Source: an uncultured bacterium (GTDB lineage: Bacteria; Zhuqueibacterota; QNDG01; CAYUAG01). Taken from it: a stretch of DNA of 64,000 nucleotides. The position numbers and the translations under genes were made by a program. Positions 54,891 to 63,968 of this stretch are shown here, piece after piece (position 1 is the stretch's first letter; every line of letters starts with the position of its first letter). The notes under the pieces were generated by a model, which made no database searches, was not told the origin of the DNA, and saw only the letters and a program-made list of their open reading frames with translations. Where the stretch lies: NCBI GenBank assembly GCA_964442615.1, contig CAYUAG010000002.1, positions 10,702-74,701 of the forward strand. Reading direction: 5' to 3'.

Positions 54891-54936
54891 AACTTTGTAT
54901 TTATTGGTTATGAGTTATTAACATTAGATAAACACT

Positions 54937-55578
54937 TTAATACTCCTTTTCTTCCTCCTGTTGAATTACTTCCGAAATAACATCCCAATCGAATCCACGT
55001 CTTTGTAAAAAATCTGTCAATCTCTTTTTTGTAGTGATATCGGAAAGATTTCCTACACCTAGCTTTTTACGGTACAGGTGATAGGCAACCTCATATTCGC
55101 TTTTTTCTCCATAATTTTCATCAATTATTTTATAAACCTTCTCTTCCTTAATTCCCTTATCTTTTAACTCCATGAGCAGAAAACGTTTACTTACTTTTTT
55201 CTTCACCATTCTGGAACGAACAAAAGCAGCCGCAAACTTCTCATCATCCAATAATCCCACTCTTTTAAAATCTTCAACCACCTTATCAATAATTTCCTGA
55301 GAGAATTTTTTCTCTCTCAGCTTATCATTAATCTCTTTTATGCTTCTGGCCCGGTAATGCAGATAATCCAGTACTTTTTTTTTCGCTCTCTTTATATTCT
55401 CATCATAGAGAACCTTCTCAATCTGTCTTTCTGATATTCTTTCACCTTCGCAAAGTTGATGTTCAAAGGCTACCTCTTCCTCAAGTCCAAAAGCAAAATT
55501 ACCATCAAGAAAAATGTTTACTCTTCTCTTTTTCTTTTGAGGTTTGATACTGGTAATTTGATGAATAACTTCTTTCAT
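54937..55578 (-). CDS. recX: Recombination regulator RecX
   Basis: 213 aa with three tandem helical repeats. It has the typical RecX layout and lies directly downstream of recA. Confidence 0.9.
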   Translation of the reverse strand: MKEVIHQITSIKPQKKKRRVNIFLDGNFAFGLEEEVAFEHQLCEGERISERQIEKVLYDENIKRAKKKVLDYLHYRARSIKEINDKLREKKFSQEIIDKVVEDFKRVGLLDDEKFAAAFVRSRMVKKKVSKRFLLMELKDKGIKEEKVYKIIDENYGEKSEYEVAYHLYRKKLGVGNLSDITTKKRLTDFLQRRGFDWDVISEVIQQEEEKEY

Positions 55579-55585
55579 GTAAATG

Positions 55586-55654
55586 CAGCCTTTAGAAGTC
55601 AGAAGTTAGCTCCCTCCTTCCAATGCCTAAGCTATCTTCTCACTTCTATCTTCT
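55586..55654. repeat. Intergenic repeat element, copy B (recA|recX spacer, extending into the recA 3' end)
   Basis: See copy A for the shared blocks. Block 3 (55625-55654) overlaps the recA stop (55627-29) and the codons for ...EDRSEKIA. Confidence 0.6.
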
Positions 55655-56712
55655 GAACTGTCTGTTTTCTCAATATTTTCAGACTTTTCTTTTTCTGAAG
55701 TTTTATCAAATCCCAAGTTTTCCTTGACTTTCTTTACAATCTTATCAAGAATATCTTTATTCTCTGGAGTATCAAGCAACTGTTTTACACTCTCACGTCC
55801 CTGCCCCAGTCGTTCATCTTCAAACGAGTACCAGGTACCACTCTTTTCAATTATCTCATATTGTACACCCAGATCAATAAGATCACCAGTATAAGAGATC
55901 CCTTTGCCATACATAATATCAAATTCTGCCACTTTAAAAGGAGGGGCTATTTTATTTTTAACCACCTTGACCTTGGTTCTATTACCAATTATTTCTTTTC
56001 CATCTTTTATGGCCCCAATCCTTCTGATATCCAAGCGTATAGTACTATAAAATTTTAATGCCCTTCCACCTGGTGTTGTTTCCGGATTTCCAAACAGTAC
56101 TCCAATCTTCTGTCTGATTTGATTGATAAATACCACACAAGTTTTTGATTTACTGATAGTGCCAGTGAGTTTTCTTAAAGCCTGAGACATTAAACGAGCT
56201 TGTACTCCCATCTGGGCATCTCCCATCTCTCCTTCAATTTCTGCTCTTGGTACCAAAGCAGCTACTGAATCAATAACAATAATATCTATAGCCCCACTTC
56301 TTACCAGGGTTTCAGTTATCTCCAGAGCCTGCTCACCTGTATCAGGTTGAGAAATCAACAGATCATCCGTATTAACTCCCAGTTCTTTTGCATATTTTGC
56401 ATCCAAAGCATGCTCAGCATCAATAAAAGCAGCAATCCCCTCAACTTTCTGAGCTTCAGCTATGATATGAAGAGCAAGAGTGGTTTTTCCTGAAGATTCA
56501 GGTCCGAATATTTCAATCACCCGACCTCTGGGAACACCTCCCACACCTAAGGCAAAATCAAGTGAGAGAGATCCTGTAGAGATTGAGGGAACATCCATGA
56601 CTCCCTCTTTTTTCCCCAATCGCATTACAGAACCTTTTCCAAATTGACGATCAATCTGACTGATTGCTAATTCCAAGGCTTTTTTTCGTTCATTCTGATT
56701 GTCTTTTATCAT
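55627..56712 (-). CDS. recA: Recombinase RecA
   Basis: 361 aa. It has GPESSGKTT (Walker A), IVIDSVAAL and the L1/L2 loops. The C-terminal tail is acidic and Ser-rich. Confidence 0.98.
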   Translation of the reverse strand: MIKDNQNERKKALELAISQIDRQFGKGSVMRLGKKEGVMDVPSISTGSLSLDFALGVGGVPRGRVIEIFGPESSGKTTLALHIIAEAQKVEGIAAFIDAEHALDAKYAKELGVNTDDLLISQPDTGEQALEITETLVRSGAIDIIVIDSVAALVPRAEIEGEMGDAQMGVQARLMSQALRKLTGTISKSKTCVVFINQIRQKIGVLFGNPETTPGGRALKFYSTIRLDIRRIGAIKDGKEIIGNRTKVKVVKNKIAPPFKVAEFDIMYGKGISYTGDLIDLGVQYEIIEKSGTWYSFEDERLGQGRESVKQLLDTPENKDILDKIVKKVKENLGFDKTSEKEKSENIEKTDSSEDRSEKIA

Positions 56713-56715
56713 TCC

Positions 56716-57276
56716 TTATCCTTCCAATTTTATTTTATGTAAAGGGGTATATTTCGCCCCTCTAGGATTTAGTTCACTTTTCATTACTATTATTTCCTCT
56801 ACTCTAAATGAGCCTCCCTGAAAGCCAGTAGAATTCATGGCACTGAGAGTATCATCAATATTTTTTAAGGATTTTACCCGACCTAAGGTCAGATGAGCTG
56901 AAAAACTACGTTTCTCTGGATCAAAACCCAATTCTGAACATGCTTTTTCAATTTTTGCTGCCAAAGATATTAGTATCTCCTTCCCCTTTTCTACTCCAAC
57001 CCAAAATACTCTCGGTCTTCTAATATTTGGAAATATGCCCGTACTAGAAACAGAAATAGTAAATGGCTGTTGAGAACTTGATGCTTCTCTAACCGCTTCA
57101 GCAATTGTGTCTATGCCAGACTCCTCCACATCACCAAGAAATTTAAGAGTTATATGCATACTATCGCTACTAATCCATTTTATATATGCTCCATATCTTT
57201 TCAAATTACTTTGTAAGTCTGAGATTCTTTTCTTAACCTCTTCTGGAACAGATATGGCTATAAAGGTTCGAATCAT
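56716..57276 (-). CDS. thpR: RNA 2',3'-cyclic phosphodiesterase (2H family, ThpR/LigT)
   Basis: 186 aa with two HxTx motifs (HITLKF, HLTLGR). It ends 3 nt before the recA start. Confidence 0.9.
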   Translation of the reverse strand: MIRTFIAISVPEEVKKRISDLQSNLKRYGAYIKWISSDSMHITLKFLGDVEESGIDTIAEAVREASSSQQPFTISVSSTGIFPNIRRPRVFWVGVEKGKEILISLAAKIEKACSELGFDPEKRSFSAHLTLGRVKSLKNIDDTLSAMNSTGFQGGSFRVEEIIVMKSELNPRGAKYTPLHKIKLEG

Positions 57277-57634
57277 TATTCCCTCATTAACTACTATTAT
57301 TATAAAATATCATATCCACAAAATCAAGTCTACTCCATAATTATATTCAATTTTTTTAAACTCTAAATTAATGAATAAGCTTCGATTTTTTATTAGATTT
57401 TCTTCATCTTATTTACTCTATCCTTAGCATAATTTCTTTTCATATTTTAAAAATTTCTGTTTATTCTATCTCTAATTGAGTAACAGGATTATTATGCACA
57501 ATGATTGTCGCTTGTCCTCCCGGTTGGATAAATATCCTTTACAATTTTTATATCAAGCATACCTAAACCAGGAGATCGAATTCATCTTATTTGATTCTTT
57601 ATTTTTATATACCTTGTGAATTGTTATTCCAAAC

Positions 57635-58876
57635 TTATGTTTTATCCAACAGAACTCTCCTGAGTAAATCAAGCCCAGTTACTGCTGTTCTCTCTTTATT
57701 CCATATCCTGTCCCTAAAAAAATAGTATTTCTCAGTAAGGGTGTAATCCCTTAGAGAACAGCTGAGATAAACCAGACCTACAGGTTTCTGGGGAGTACCA
57801 CCACCAGGTCCAGCAATCCCTGTTGCTGATAAGCCAATATCGGTTCTGCTAAGTTTTCTTACATTGTTTGCCATCTCGGCAGCAGTTTCTGCACTGACTG
57901 CCCCATATTGTTTTAATATTTTTTCTGGTATACCTAAAAGTTCAATCTTGGATTTATTGGTATAAGTTATAAATCCTCTTTTATAATAAGCAGAACTCCC
58001 TGAAATATTAGTCAATTTATGAGAAATAAGTCCACCTGTACAAGACTCGGCAACTGAAACTGTCATTTTTTTATCACATAATAATTGAGCAACAATCTCT
58101 TCAATTGTTTCATTTCCAGTACCATATATATATCTTCCCAACTTATCTTTGAGTCTGTTTTCAGCATTGTGTAAAATCTTTTCTGCTCTCTCTTCACTAG
58201 TTTTATTAACCTTTAATTTAATCTGTACTCCGCTCACCTGAGGAAGATAGCCAATTTTTATTTCTGAAAATTGCTCAATCAATCCTTCTATATGAGATGA
58301 TATTTCGGATTCAGATATTCCTGTAGTCCTAATGATTTTTTGATTACTAACTTTATAAGGATAAATTTTTTCTAAATAAGGGAGTACTTCATCTTGAATC
58401 ATCTTCTGCATCTCAGAAGGCACTCCTGGAAGAAAAAAGAAAATAGCCTCTTTATGCTTAAATTTTATTCCTGGTGCTGAACCTATACTATTTTCAATAA
58501 TTTCAGCTCCTTCTGGTAATTCTGCCTGTTTCTGATTTTCCGGGGTCATAACTTTGCCCATCTTTCTAAATTTCTCTCTGATAGATTCCATTACCTCATC
58601 ATAGAAAACCAACCTTCTATTAAAATACTTTGCCGCTGCCTTCATGGTTATATCATCTGAGGTTGGACCAAGTCCTCCTGTGGAAATGATTACTGAAGCC
58701 CTATTACCTGCAATTTTTAAAACAGCAACAATATCTTCTACATCATCACCCACAGTTGTGATATACTTAACTGATAAATTTGCCTCATCCAGTACCTTAC
58801 CGATATAAACTGCATTTCTATTTACAATAAAGCCAGAAAGCAGTTCCTCACCAATGGAGATAAGCTCTATTTTCAT
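57635..58876 (-). CDS. cinA: CinA: competence/damage-inducible protein (MoCF-like N-domain plus PncC nicotinamide-nucleotide amidase)
   Basis: 413 aa. It has TGGLGPTSDD in the N-domain and ESCTGG in the C-terminal amidase domain. Confidence 0.93.
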   Translation of the reverse strand: MKIELISIGEELLSGFIVNRNAVYIGKVLDEANLSVKYITTVGDDVEDIVAVLKIAGNRASVIISTGGLGPTSDDITMKAAAKYFNRRLVFYDEVMESIREKFRKMGKVMTPENQKQAELPEGAEIIENSIGSAPGIKFKHKEAIFFFLPGVPSEMQKMIQDEVLPYLEKIYPYKVSNQKIIRTTGISESEISSHIEGLIEQFSEIKIGYLPQVSGVQIKLKVNKTSEERAEKILHNAENRLKDKLGRYIYGTGNETIEEIVAQLLCDKKMTVSVAESCTGGLISHKLTNISGSSAYYKRGFITYTNKSKIELLGIPEKILKQYGAVSAETAAEMANNVRKLSRTDIGLSATGIAGPGGGTPQKPVGLVYLSCSLRDYTLTEKYYFFRDRIWNKERTAVTGLDLLRRVLLDKT

Positions 58877-58885
58877 TAAAAATCC

Positions 58886-59350
58886 TTAACAAAATATATA
58901 AATCAAAATCCGCATAAAAAGATTTGTATATAATCCAGCTAAGACATCATCTATCATCACTCCCCACCCCTTTGGAATTTTCTGTGATTTATTAACAGGT
59001 GGAGGTTTAATAATATCAAAAATTCGAAAAATAAAAAAAGCTATAATCAACCAGTACCAAGGCAACCAGCTTGGTAAAAAAATAACCGATAGCCACATCC
59101 CAACTATTTCATCAATATTAATAATCGAAGCATCTTTTCCATCTGTCTTTTCAACAATAGTAGCGGCCCAAACACCGATAAAAAAAAATATTATTGAAAA
59201 CAACAAAAGAGACAATCCATGCAAGGCTGGAAATAATAATAATAATGATAAACCTATAGCACTTCCCACTGTTCCCGGAGCAATTGGAAAATATCCACTA
59301 TAAAAACCTGTTGCTAATAATCGCGATAGAATTCTCATAAAACCTTTCAA
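58886..59350 (-). CDS. pgpA: Phosphatidylglycerophosphatase A
   Basis: 154 aa. The PgpA pattern is present (FYSGYFPIAPGTVGS, DEIVGMW). It overlaps pgsA by 4 nt. Confidence 0.9.
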   Translation of the reverse strand: MKGFMRILSRLLATGFYSGYFPIAPGTVGSAIGLSLLLLFPALHGLSLLLFSIIFFFIGVWAATIVEKTDGKDASIINIDEIVGMWLSVIFLPSWLPWYWLIIAFFIFRIFDIIKPPPVNKSQKIPKGWGVMIDDVLAGLYTNLFMRILIYIFC

Positions 59351-59964
59351 AATTCTGAAGGTAAAAATATTCGATAGATATCTACTGCCAATTTTTTTAA
59401 ATGATATCTATTATTAACTAAATAAACTACTCCTGAAATTACAGTAATAATCGTAATACCATATAACAAAACTATAATAACCTTATTAGTTAACAATATG
59501 CTTAGGATGTTATCATCAACATTAACTTCTCTACTATGAATGAAAATATGATATAAAAATATATAAAATAGTACTATTAACTGGCCAAAAGTTTTTATTT
59601 TCCCAAAAAAATTTGTTCGAACCGGATTATTACTATTGATTACATATATTCTCAAAGATGTAATTACTAAATCTCTTAATATAATCACCAAAATAATCCA
59701 GTTGGGTATATAACCGAGTCTATTAAACATAATAAGACTAGTTATAATAAGGACTTTATCAGCAAGAGGATCCAAAAATTTGCCTAATTTTGAAATATTA
59801 TCATACTTTCTAGCAATATATCCATCATACCAGTCAGTTAAAACGGCAATTGTAAATACTCCCAGGGAAAAATACCATGCAATTAAATTATCACTAAGAA
59901 GTAAAATCACAAATATCGGTGTTAAAATTATTCTGAGTATTGATAATTGATTTGGTAAACCCAT
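59347..59964 (-). CDS. pgsA: CDP-diacylglycerol--glycerol-3-phosphate 3-phosphatidyltransferase
   Basis: 205 aa. It has the CDP-alcohol phosphatidyltransferase motif DWYDGYIARK...GKFLDPLADK. Confidence 0.9.
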   Translation of the reverse strand: MGLPNQLSILRIILTPIFVILLLSDNLIAWYFSLGVFTIAVLTDWYDGYIARKYDNISKLGKFLDPLADKVLIITSLIMFNRLGYIPNWIILVIILRDLVITSLRIYVINSNNPVRTNFFGKIKTFGQLIVLFYIFLYHIFIHSREVNVDDNILSILLTNKVIIVLLYGITIITVISGVVYLVNNRYHLKKLAVDIYRIFLPSEF

Positions 59965-59988
59965 ATTTAATAAATTTTTTTAATAATA

Positions 59989-60597
59989 TTATTTATCTTT
60001 TATAAATAAAACTCTATCCTCTAGCGCCTTGGTTATGGTTATATTGTCATTAAATTCTAATGAAGCACCAAAAGGTATTCCTCTTGCTATGCGTGTAATC
60101 TTTACATTTTTCTTCTTAAGAAGAGTAAAAAGCCGTGAACTTGTCATTTCACCTTCAAGTGTGGGATTAATAGCAAAAATTATTTCTTCCACTTCAGAAT
60201 TTATTCGATTAATCAACTCTTCTATTTTCAAATCCTTCTCTTCCACACCATCTAAAGGAGATAAAACACCACCTAAAACATGATAAACACCATTAAATTG
60301 ACCAGTCCTTTCTATTGCCAAAAGGTCTTTATGCTCATCCACTACACAAATGGTCGAATGGTCTCTTTTTGGATTACTGCAGATCTCACAAATTTCATTT
60401 TCGGTAAGATTAAAACATACTGAACAGTAGCCAATATTTTGATATAAATCTAAAACAGATTGAACAAGATTTTCACCACATTGTCTATCTTCTCGTAACA
60501 AATAAAGCGCTATCCTCTGAGCTGATTTTTCACCTATTCCAGGTAATTTCGAAAATGTTTTAATTACTTGCTCTAATATTTTTGAGCTATATTTCAA
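59989..60597 (-). CDS. recR: Recombination protein RecR
   Basis: 202 aa. It has an HhH (LPGIGEKSAQR), a C4 zinc finger (CSVCFNL...CEIC) and a Toprim domain. Confidence 0.97.
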   Translation of the reverse strand: MKYSSKILEQVIKTFSKLPGIGEKSAQRIALYLLREDRQCGENLVQSVLDLYQNIGYCSVCFNLTENEICEICSNPKRDHSTICVVDEHKDLLAIERTGQFNGVYHVLGGVLSPLDGVEEKDLKIEELINRINSEVEEIIFAINPTLEGEMTSSRLFTLLKKKNVKITRIARGIPFGASLEFNDNITITKALEDRVLFIKDK

Positions 60598-60638
60598 TTC
60601 AACACCTACCCTAATTTTTTTATTGTCTATTTATTAAA

Positions 60639-60980
60639 TTATATCAATCCTGGAATCTTCAAACCACCAGGTAAATTTCCAAGCATTCCACCTGCTATCT
60701 TTTTCATCTCTTCCTGGGCCATTTCTCTCGATTTATCCAATCCCTGATTTACTGCAGCCATAATTAAATCTTCGAGCATTTCACAATCCTCAGGATCCAC
60801 AACTTCCTTATCCAAAGTAACAGAAAGAATCTTTTGTTTTCCATTCACCTTTACAGTAACCATTCCCCCACCCGCTGAACCTTCAACTGTCATTTCCTCA
60901 AGTTTTTTCTGTACCTCTTCCATCTCTTTCTGGATTTTCTGTATCATGCCAAACTGACCTGCAAAATTAGTTTTACCCAT
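60639..60980 (-). CDS. ybaB: Nucleoid-associated protein YbaB/EbfC
   Basis: I chose the start at MGKTNFAGQFGMIQKIQKEMEE (ATG 60978-80), which has a GGGAG 9 nt upstream. The ORF-track start at 61004 adds 8 aa. Confidence 0.93.
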   Translation of the reverse strand: MGKTNFAGQFGMIQKIQKEMEEVQKKLEEMTVEGSAGGGMVTVKVNGKQKILSVTLDKEVVDPEDCEMLEDLIMAAVNQGLDKSREMAQEEMKKIAGGMLGNLPGGLKIPGLI

Positions 60981-61010
60981 TTTTATATTCTCCCTAATAA
61001 TCAAAATTTA

Positions 61011-62660
61011 TTAGCTAATAATTTTTGCATCTATATCATCTACAAAATTTCTCAAAGATTTATCATCATCCAATATTTTTTTTAACAATTTCTCCTTATC
61101 ATTACTCATCAAATTCTTTCTTTTGGACTTTGGTAAATCTTTTTTTATGCATTTTATATATAATTCTTTCTTAAAAACCTCTTTTAAAACCTCTGATACA
61201 ATATTGTTTGACCTGTTTATAGCATCTATATGAAAACTATTATCTAATCCAAAAACAACTTCAATATTTTTTTCCTTTAAATCATTTAAAAATCCCTCTG
61301 CTAAAAAGGAACCTATTGTTATTTTTTTATGTTTAATCTGCGAAATAAATTCCGGCCATTTTGATCTGATGTGCTCAAGTGTTAGTGGATTTTTTTTTTC
61401 TCCCTGATCACTTGGATTATTTTTTCGATTTTCTACCTTCTCTTTATCAAAATCTTCTTCCTGAGTTTGTCTCTCCTTTATTTCCTCAGATACATCTTCA
61501 TTCATATCCTTTTCTAATGGTATTTTTACTACAGTACTTTTTATCTGCTTAATTAAATCCTCAATAGTAACAGTTTTATCCATTTTTATCATTTTTATAA
61601 CTGCCAGCTCAAGTTGAAATCGCGGTTGTACATTTCTCCAGAGCCTGGCTTTAGCATCAGAAACAATTTTTATGAGTCTTAAAATATCACCTTCTTCAAA
61701 TTTATCTATTTGAGTAAGATATCGTTTTTTATAGGTTTCGGAAGTCTGCAAAATTTCAGTATTTTGGGTAGTAACTACAAACAGTAAATTTCTTAAATGA
61801 TCTTCCAAACCACCTAAAAACTCTTCAATATCATACCCCCTTGAAACAATATCCTCAACTAATTTTACTCCTTTTTTTACATCCTTTTTATGCACTATAT
61901 CAGTAATCTGAAAAAAAACTTCTTGCTCAATTAATCCTAATGCTTTAATAATATCTTCACCCCTAATAGTTCCTTCAGTATAAGAAATCATCTGATCGAG
62001 AATAGATTGACTATCTCTTAAACTTCCATCGGCCTTCAGGGAAATTAATTGAATAGCCTCATCGTCAATTTCAATTTTTTCGGCTTCACAAATATTCTGA
62101 AGACTTTTAATTATTTCTTTTGTACTTATTCTACGAAAATCAAATCTCTGACATCTGGATATGATTGTTGCAGGTACTTTATGAGGCTCCGTGGTTGCAA
62201 AAATAAAAACAACATGTTCGGGTGGCTCTTCTAATGTTTTTAAAAGTGCATTAAAAGCCTCTTTAGTTAACATATGCACTTCATCTATAATATATATTTT
62301 ATATCTTCCACCAGAGGGAGTATACTTGATATTCTCCCTGAGACTTCTGATTTCATTTATTCCTCTATTCGAAGCCCCGTCTATCTCATAGACATCGATA
62401 TTTATTCCCTCAGATATCTCCTTACAAGAACTGCACTGATTACAGGGAGCAGTAGAAATACCTTTCTGACAATTTAATGATTTTGCCAGTATTCTTGCAG
62501 CAGTTGTTTTTCCCACACCTCTCGGACCTGTAAAAAGATAAGCATGAGCAAGACGCTCATTTTTAATTGCATTTTTCAAGGTAGAAGTAACATGCTCCTG
62601 ACCAAGCATATCTTCCCAAACAAGAGGACGCCATTTTCTTGCTAAAACTAAATAACTCAT
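61011..62660 (-). CDS. dnaX: DNA polymerase III subunit tau (gamma/tau)
   Basis: 549 aa. It has an AAA+ clamp-loader module (GPRGVGKTT, IIDEVHML, SRCQRF) and a zinc module (CNQCSSC). Confidence 0.95.
   Translation of the reverse strand: MSYLVLARKWRPLVWEDMLGQEHVTSTLKNAIKNERLAHAYLFTGPRGVGKTTAARILAKSLNCQKGISTAPCNQCSSCKEISEGINIDVYEIDGASNRGINEIRSLRENIKYTPSGGRYKIYIIDEVHMLTKEAFNALLKTLEEPPEHVVFIFATTEPHKVPATIISRCQRFDFRRISTKEIIKSLQNICEAEKIEIDDEAIQLISLKADGSLRDSQSILDQMISYTEGTIRGEDIIKALGLIEQEVFFQITDIVHKKDVKKGVKLVEDIVSRGYDIEEFLGGLEDHLRNLLFVVTTQNTEILQTSETYKKRYLTQIDKFEEGDILRLIKIVSDAKARLWRNVQPRFQLELAVIKMIKMDKTVTIEDLIKQIKSTVVKIPLEKDMNEDVSEEIKERQTQEEDFDKEKVENRKNNPSDQGEKKNPLTLEHIRSKWPEFISQIKHKKITIGSFLAEGFLNDLKEKNIEVVFGLDNSFHIDAINRSNNIVSEVLKEVFKKELYIKCIKKDLPKSKRKNLMSNDKEKLLKKILDDDKSLRNFVDDIDAKIIS
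61390..61399 (-). other. A10 homopolymer in dnaX (candidate recoding / transcriptional slippage site)
   Basis: The coding strand reads GGA GAA AAA AAA AAT CCA CTA ACA CTT GAG. The -1 frame gives K S T N T then TGA, and the +1 frame gives I H then TAA. The site lies about 130 codons before the tau stop. Confidence 0.5.
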
Positions 62661-62688
62661 TATTCAATACCTATTAAAAAATTTATAA

Positions 62689-62960
62689 AGGCTGTGCACC
62701 CTTTCTCGATACTGCTAAATTGAATTCAATTTTAGCAGCCAACTCCAGCCAAGTAAAACTACGGCACATGTTAAATTGTTTACCGCTGCTACCTTCCGGT
62801 CCTGACGGGATTCAACAATCGACCATTGCGTAGAACTCGAACTATCAACATTACTTACCAAAATATCCTCCAGCCAGCACACATCTCGTCCGGGAATTAA
62901 ATCCTGCTATAGCGGATTGCAGGTTACAAGGCACCGCTAATTCCTCATCTAGCACAGCCT
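62689..62960 (-). ncRNA. ffs: Signal recognition particle RNA, long (Bacillus-type, Alu domain-containing) form, ~272 nt
   Basis: The reverse strand contains the domain IV core GUCAGGACCGGAAGGUAGCAGC...CAUGUGCCG. The 5' Alu-domain stretch GCUGUGCUAGAUGAGGAAUUAGCGGUGCCUUGUAACCUGCAAUCCGCUAUAGCAGG is close to B. subtilis scRNA as I recall it. The terminal 9-bp helix is AGGCUGUGC/GCACAGCCU. Confidence 0.9.
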
Positions 62961-62966
62961 GTTCTG

Positions 62967-63039
62967 TGGAGCAGAGCGGGTTTGAACCGCCGACCTGTAC
63001 GTTGCGAACGTACTGCTCTCCCAATTGAGCTACTGCCCC
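62967..63039 (-). tRNA. tRNA-Ala (anticodon CGC)
   Basis: Hand-folded: acceptor GGGGCAG/CTGCTCC with the G3:U70 Ala identity pair, anticodon loop TTCGCAA and T loop TTCAAAC. No CCA is encoded. Confidence 0.93.
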
Positions 63040-63048
63040 TACACTCAG

Positions 63049-63133
63049 CGGAGAGGGTGGGATTCGAACCCACGGTAGCATTCACTACACACGCTTTCCA
63101 AGCGTGCACCTTCAACCGCTCGGTCACCTCTCC
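63049..63133 (-). tRNA. tRNA-Ser (anticodon GGA)
   Basis: It has acceptor GGAGAGG/CCTCTCC, anticodon loop TTGGAAA, a long variable arm (GTAGTGAATGCTACC) and the T arm GTGGG-TTCGAAT-CCCAC. Confidence 0.93.
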
Positions 63134-63197
63134 TTTAAACTTTCCACTGCACCCGCTCTTAGAAAAATAGTCACCTTGAAAAAAGATTAAATATTCA

Positions 63198-63285
63198 GCG
63201 GAGAGGGTGGGATTCGAACCCACGGTCTTGATACCCAAGACAACGGTTTTCGAGACCGCCCGATTCAACCACTCTCGCACCTCTC
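63198..63285 (-). tRNA. tRNA-Ser (anticodon CGA)
   Basis: It has the same acceptor and T arm as the neighbouring tRNA-Ser, anticodon loop CTCGAAA and a long variable arm (GTCTTGGGTATCAAGACC). Confidence 0.93.
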
Positions 63286-63294
63286 CATCAATAT

Positions 63295-63762
63295 TTAATC
63301 ACTGTTTTTCCGCTTTCTTAAATTCCTGAAAAATATTTTTAAAAGATCTTCTGCCTCATTTGCCAATAAACCGGACTTTAATCTCAGCTGATGATTTAAT
63401 CTTTTATCCTGAACAATATTTCTCAATGAACCACAGGAACCTGCCTTAGGATCATCGGTACCATAATATAACCATTTTATCCGGGAAAGCACAATAGCAC
63501 CTGCACACATTGAACAGGGTTCTAAAGTAACATAGATAGAACAATTTTCCAACCTCCAGGACTGTAGATAATTAGCAGCGGCTGATATTGCTATCATTTC
63601 TGCATGAGCTGTAGGATCGTTTAGATTCTCGACTTGATTATACCCTTTACCAATAATCTGGCCTTCATATGAAATTACAGCACCAACTGGAACTTCATTG
63701 AGAGTAAGAGCTTTCTTAGCTTCAGCTAATGCAGCTTCCATAAATTGTAGGTGCTGATCCAT
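63295..63762 (-). CDS. tadA: tRNA-specific adenosine deaminase
   Basis: 155 aa with the CDA zinc motifs HAEMIAI and PCSMCAGA. Confidence 0.95.
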   Translation of the reverse strand: MDQHLQFMEAALAEAKKALTLNEVPVGAVISYEGQIIGKGYNQVENLNDPTAHAEMIAISAAANYLQSWRLENCSIYVTLEPCSMCAGAIVLSRIKWLYYGTDDPKAGSCGSLRNIVQDKRLNHQLRLKSGLLANEAEDLLKIFFRNLRKRKNSD

Positions 63763-63968
63763 TGAATATCTGTATTCAATCCTCTATTTACTTAGTCATG
63801 TTTGCACCTACAAAAGATAGCAAATTTTAAATAAAATCCAAACAGTTAACAGCAACAAATTACATTTTTTTATTAAACAGATAAAATATATTTAAAAGCA
63901 AAAAAGGTAACCGATCATATGGTGATTTTTTCAGTTCTAGATTTGATTTTCAAAAATAATATCACAAT

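Noticed and set aside
54757-54936. A possible T-box leader upstream of alaS.
   Set aside because: I found no T-box sequence (AGGGUGGNACCGCG-like) and no specifier or antiterminator architecture. The spacer is instead occupied by the diverged repeat copy C.
62851-63280. Three ORFs (62851-63081 minus, 62945-63280 minus, 62982-63170 plus).
   Set aside because: They are read-throughs of the GC-richer tRNA-Ala, the two tRNA-Ser genes and the SRP RNA Alu domain. The RNA gene folds explain the sequence completely.
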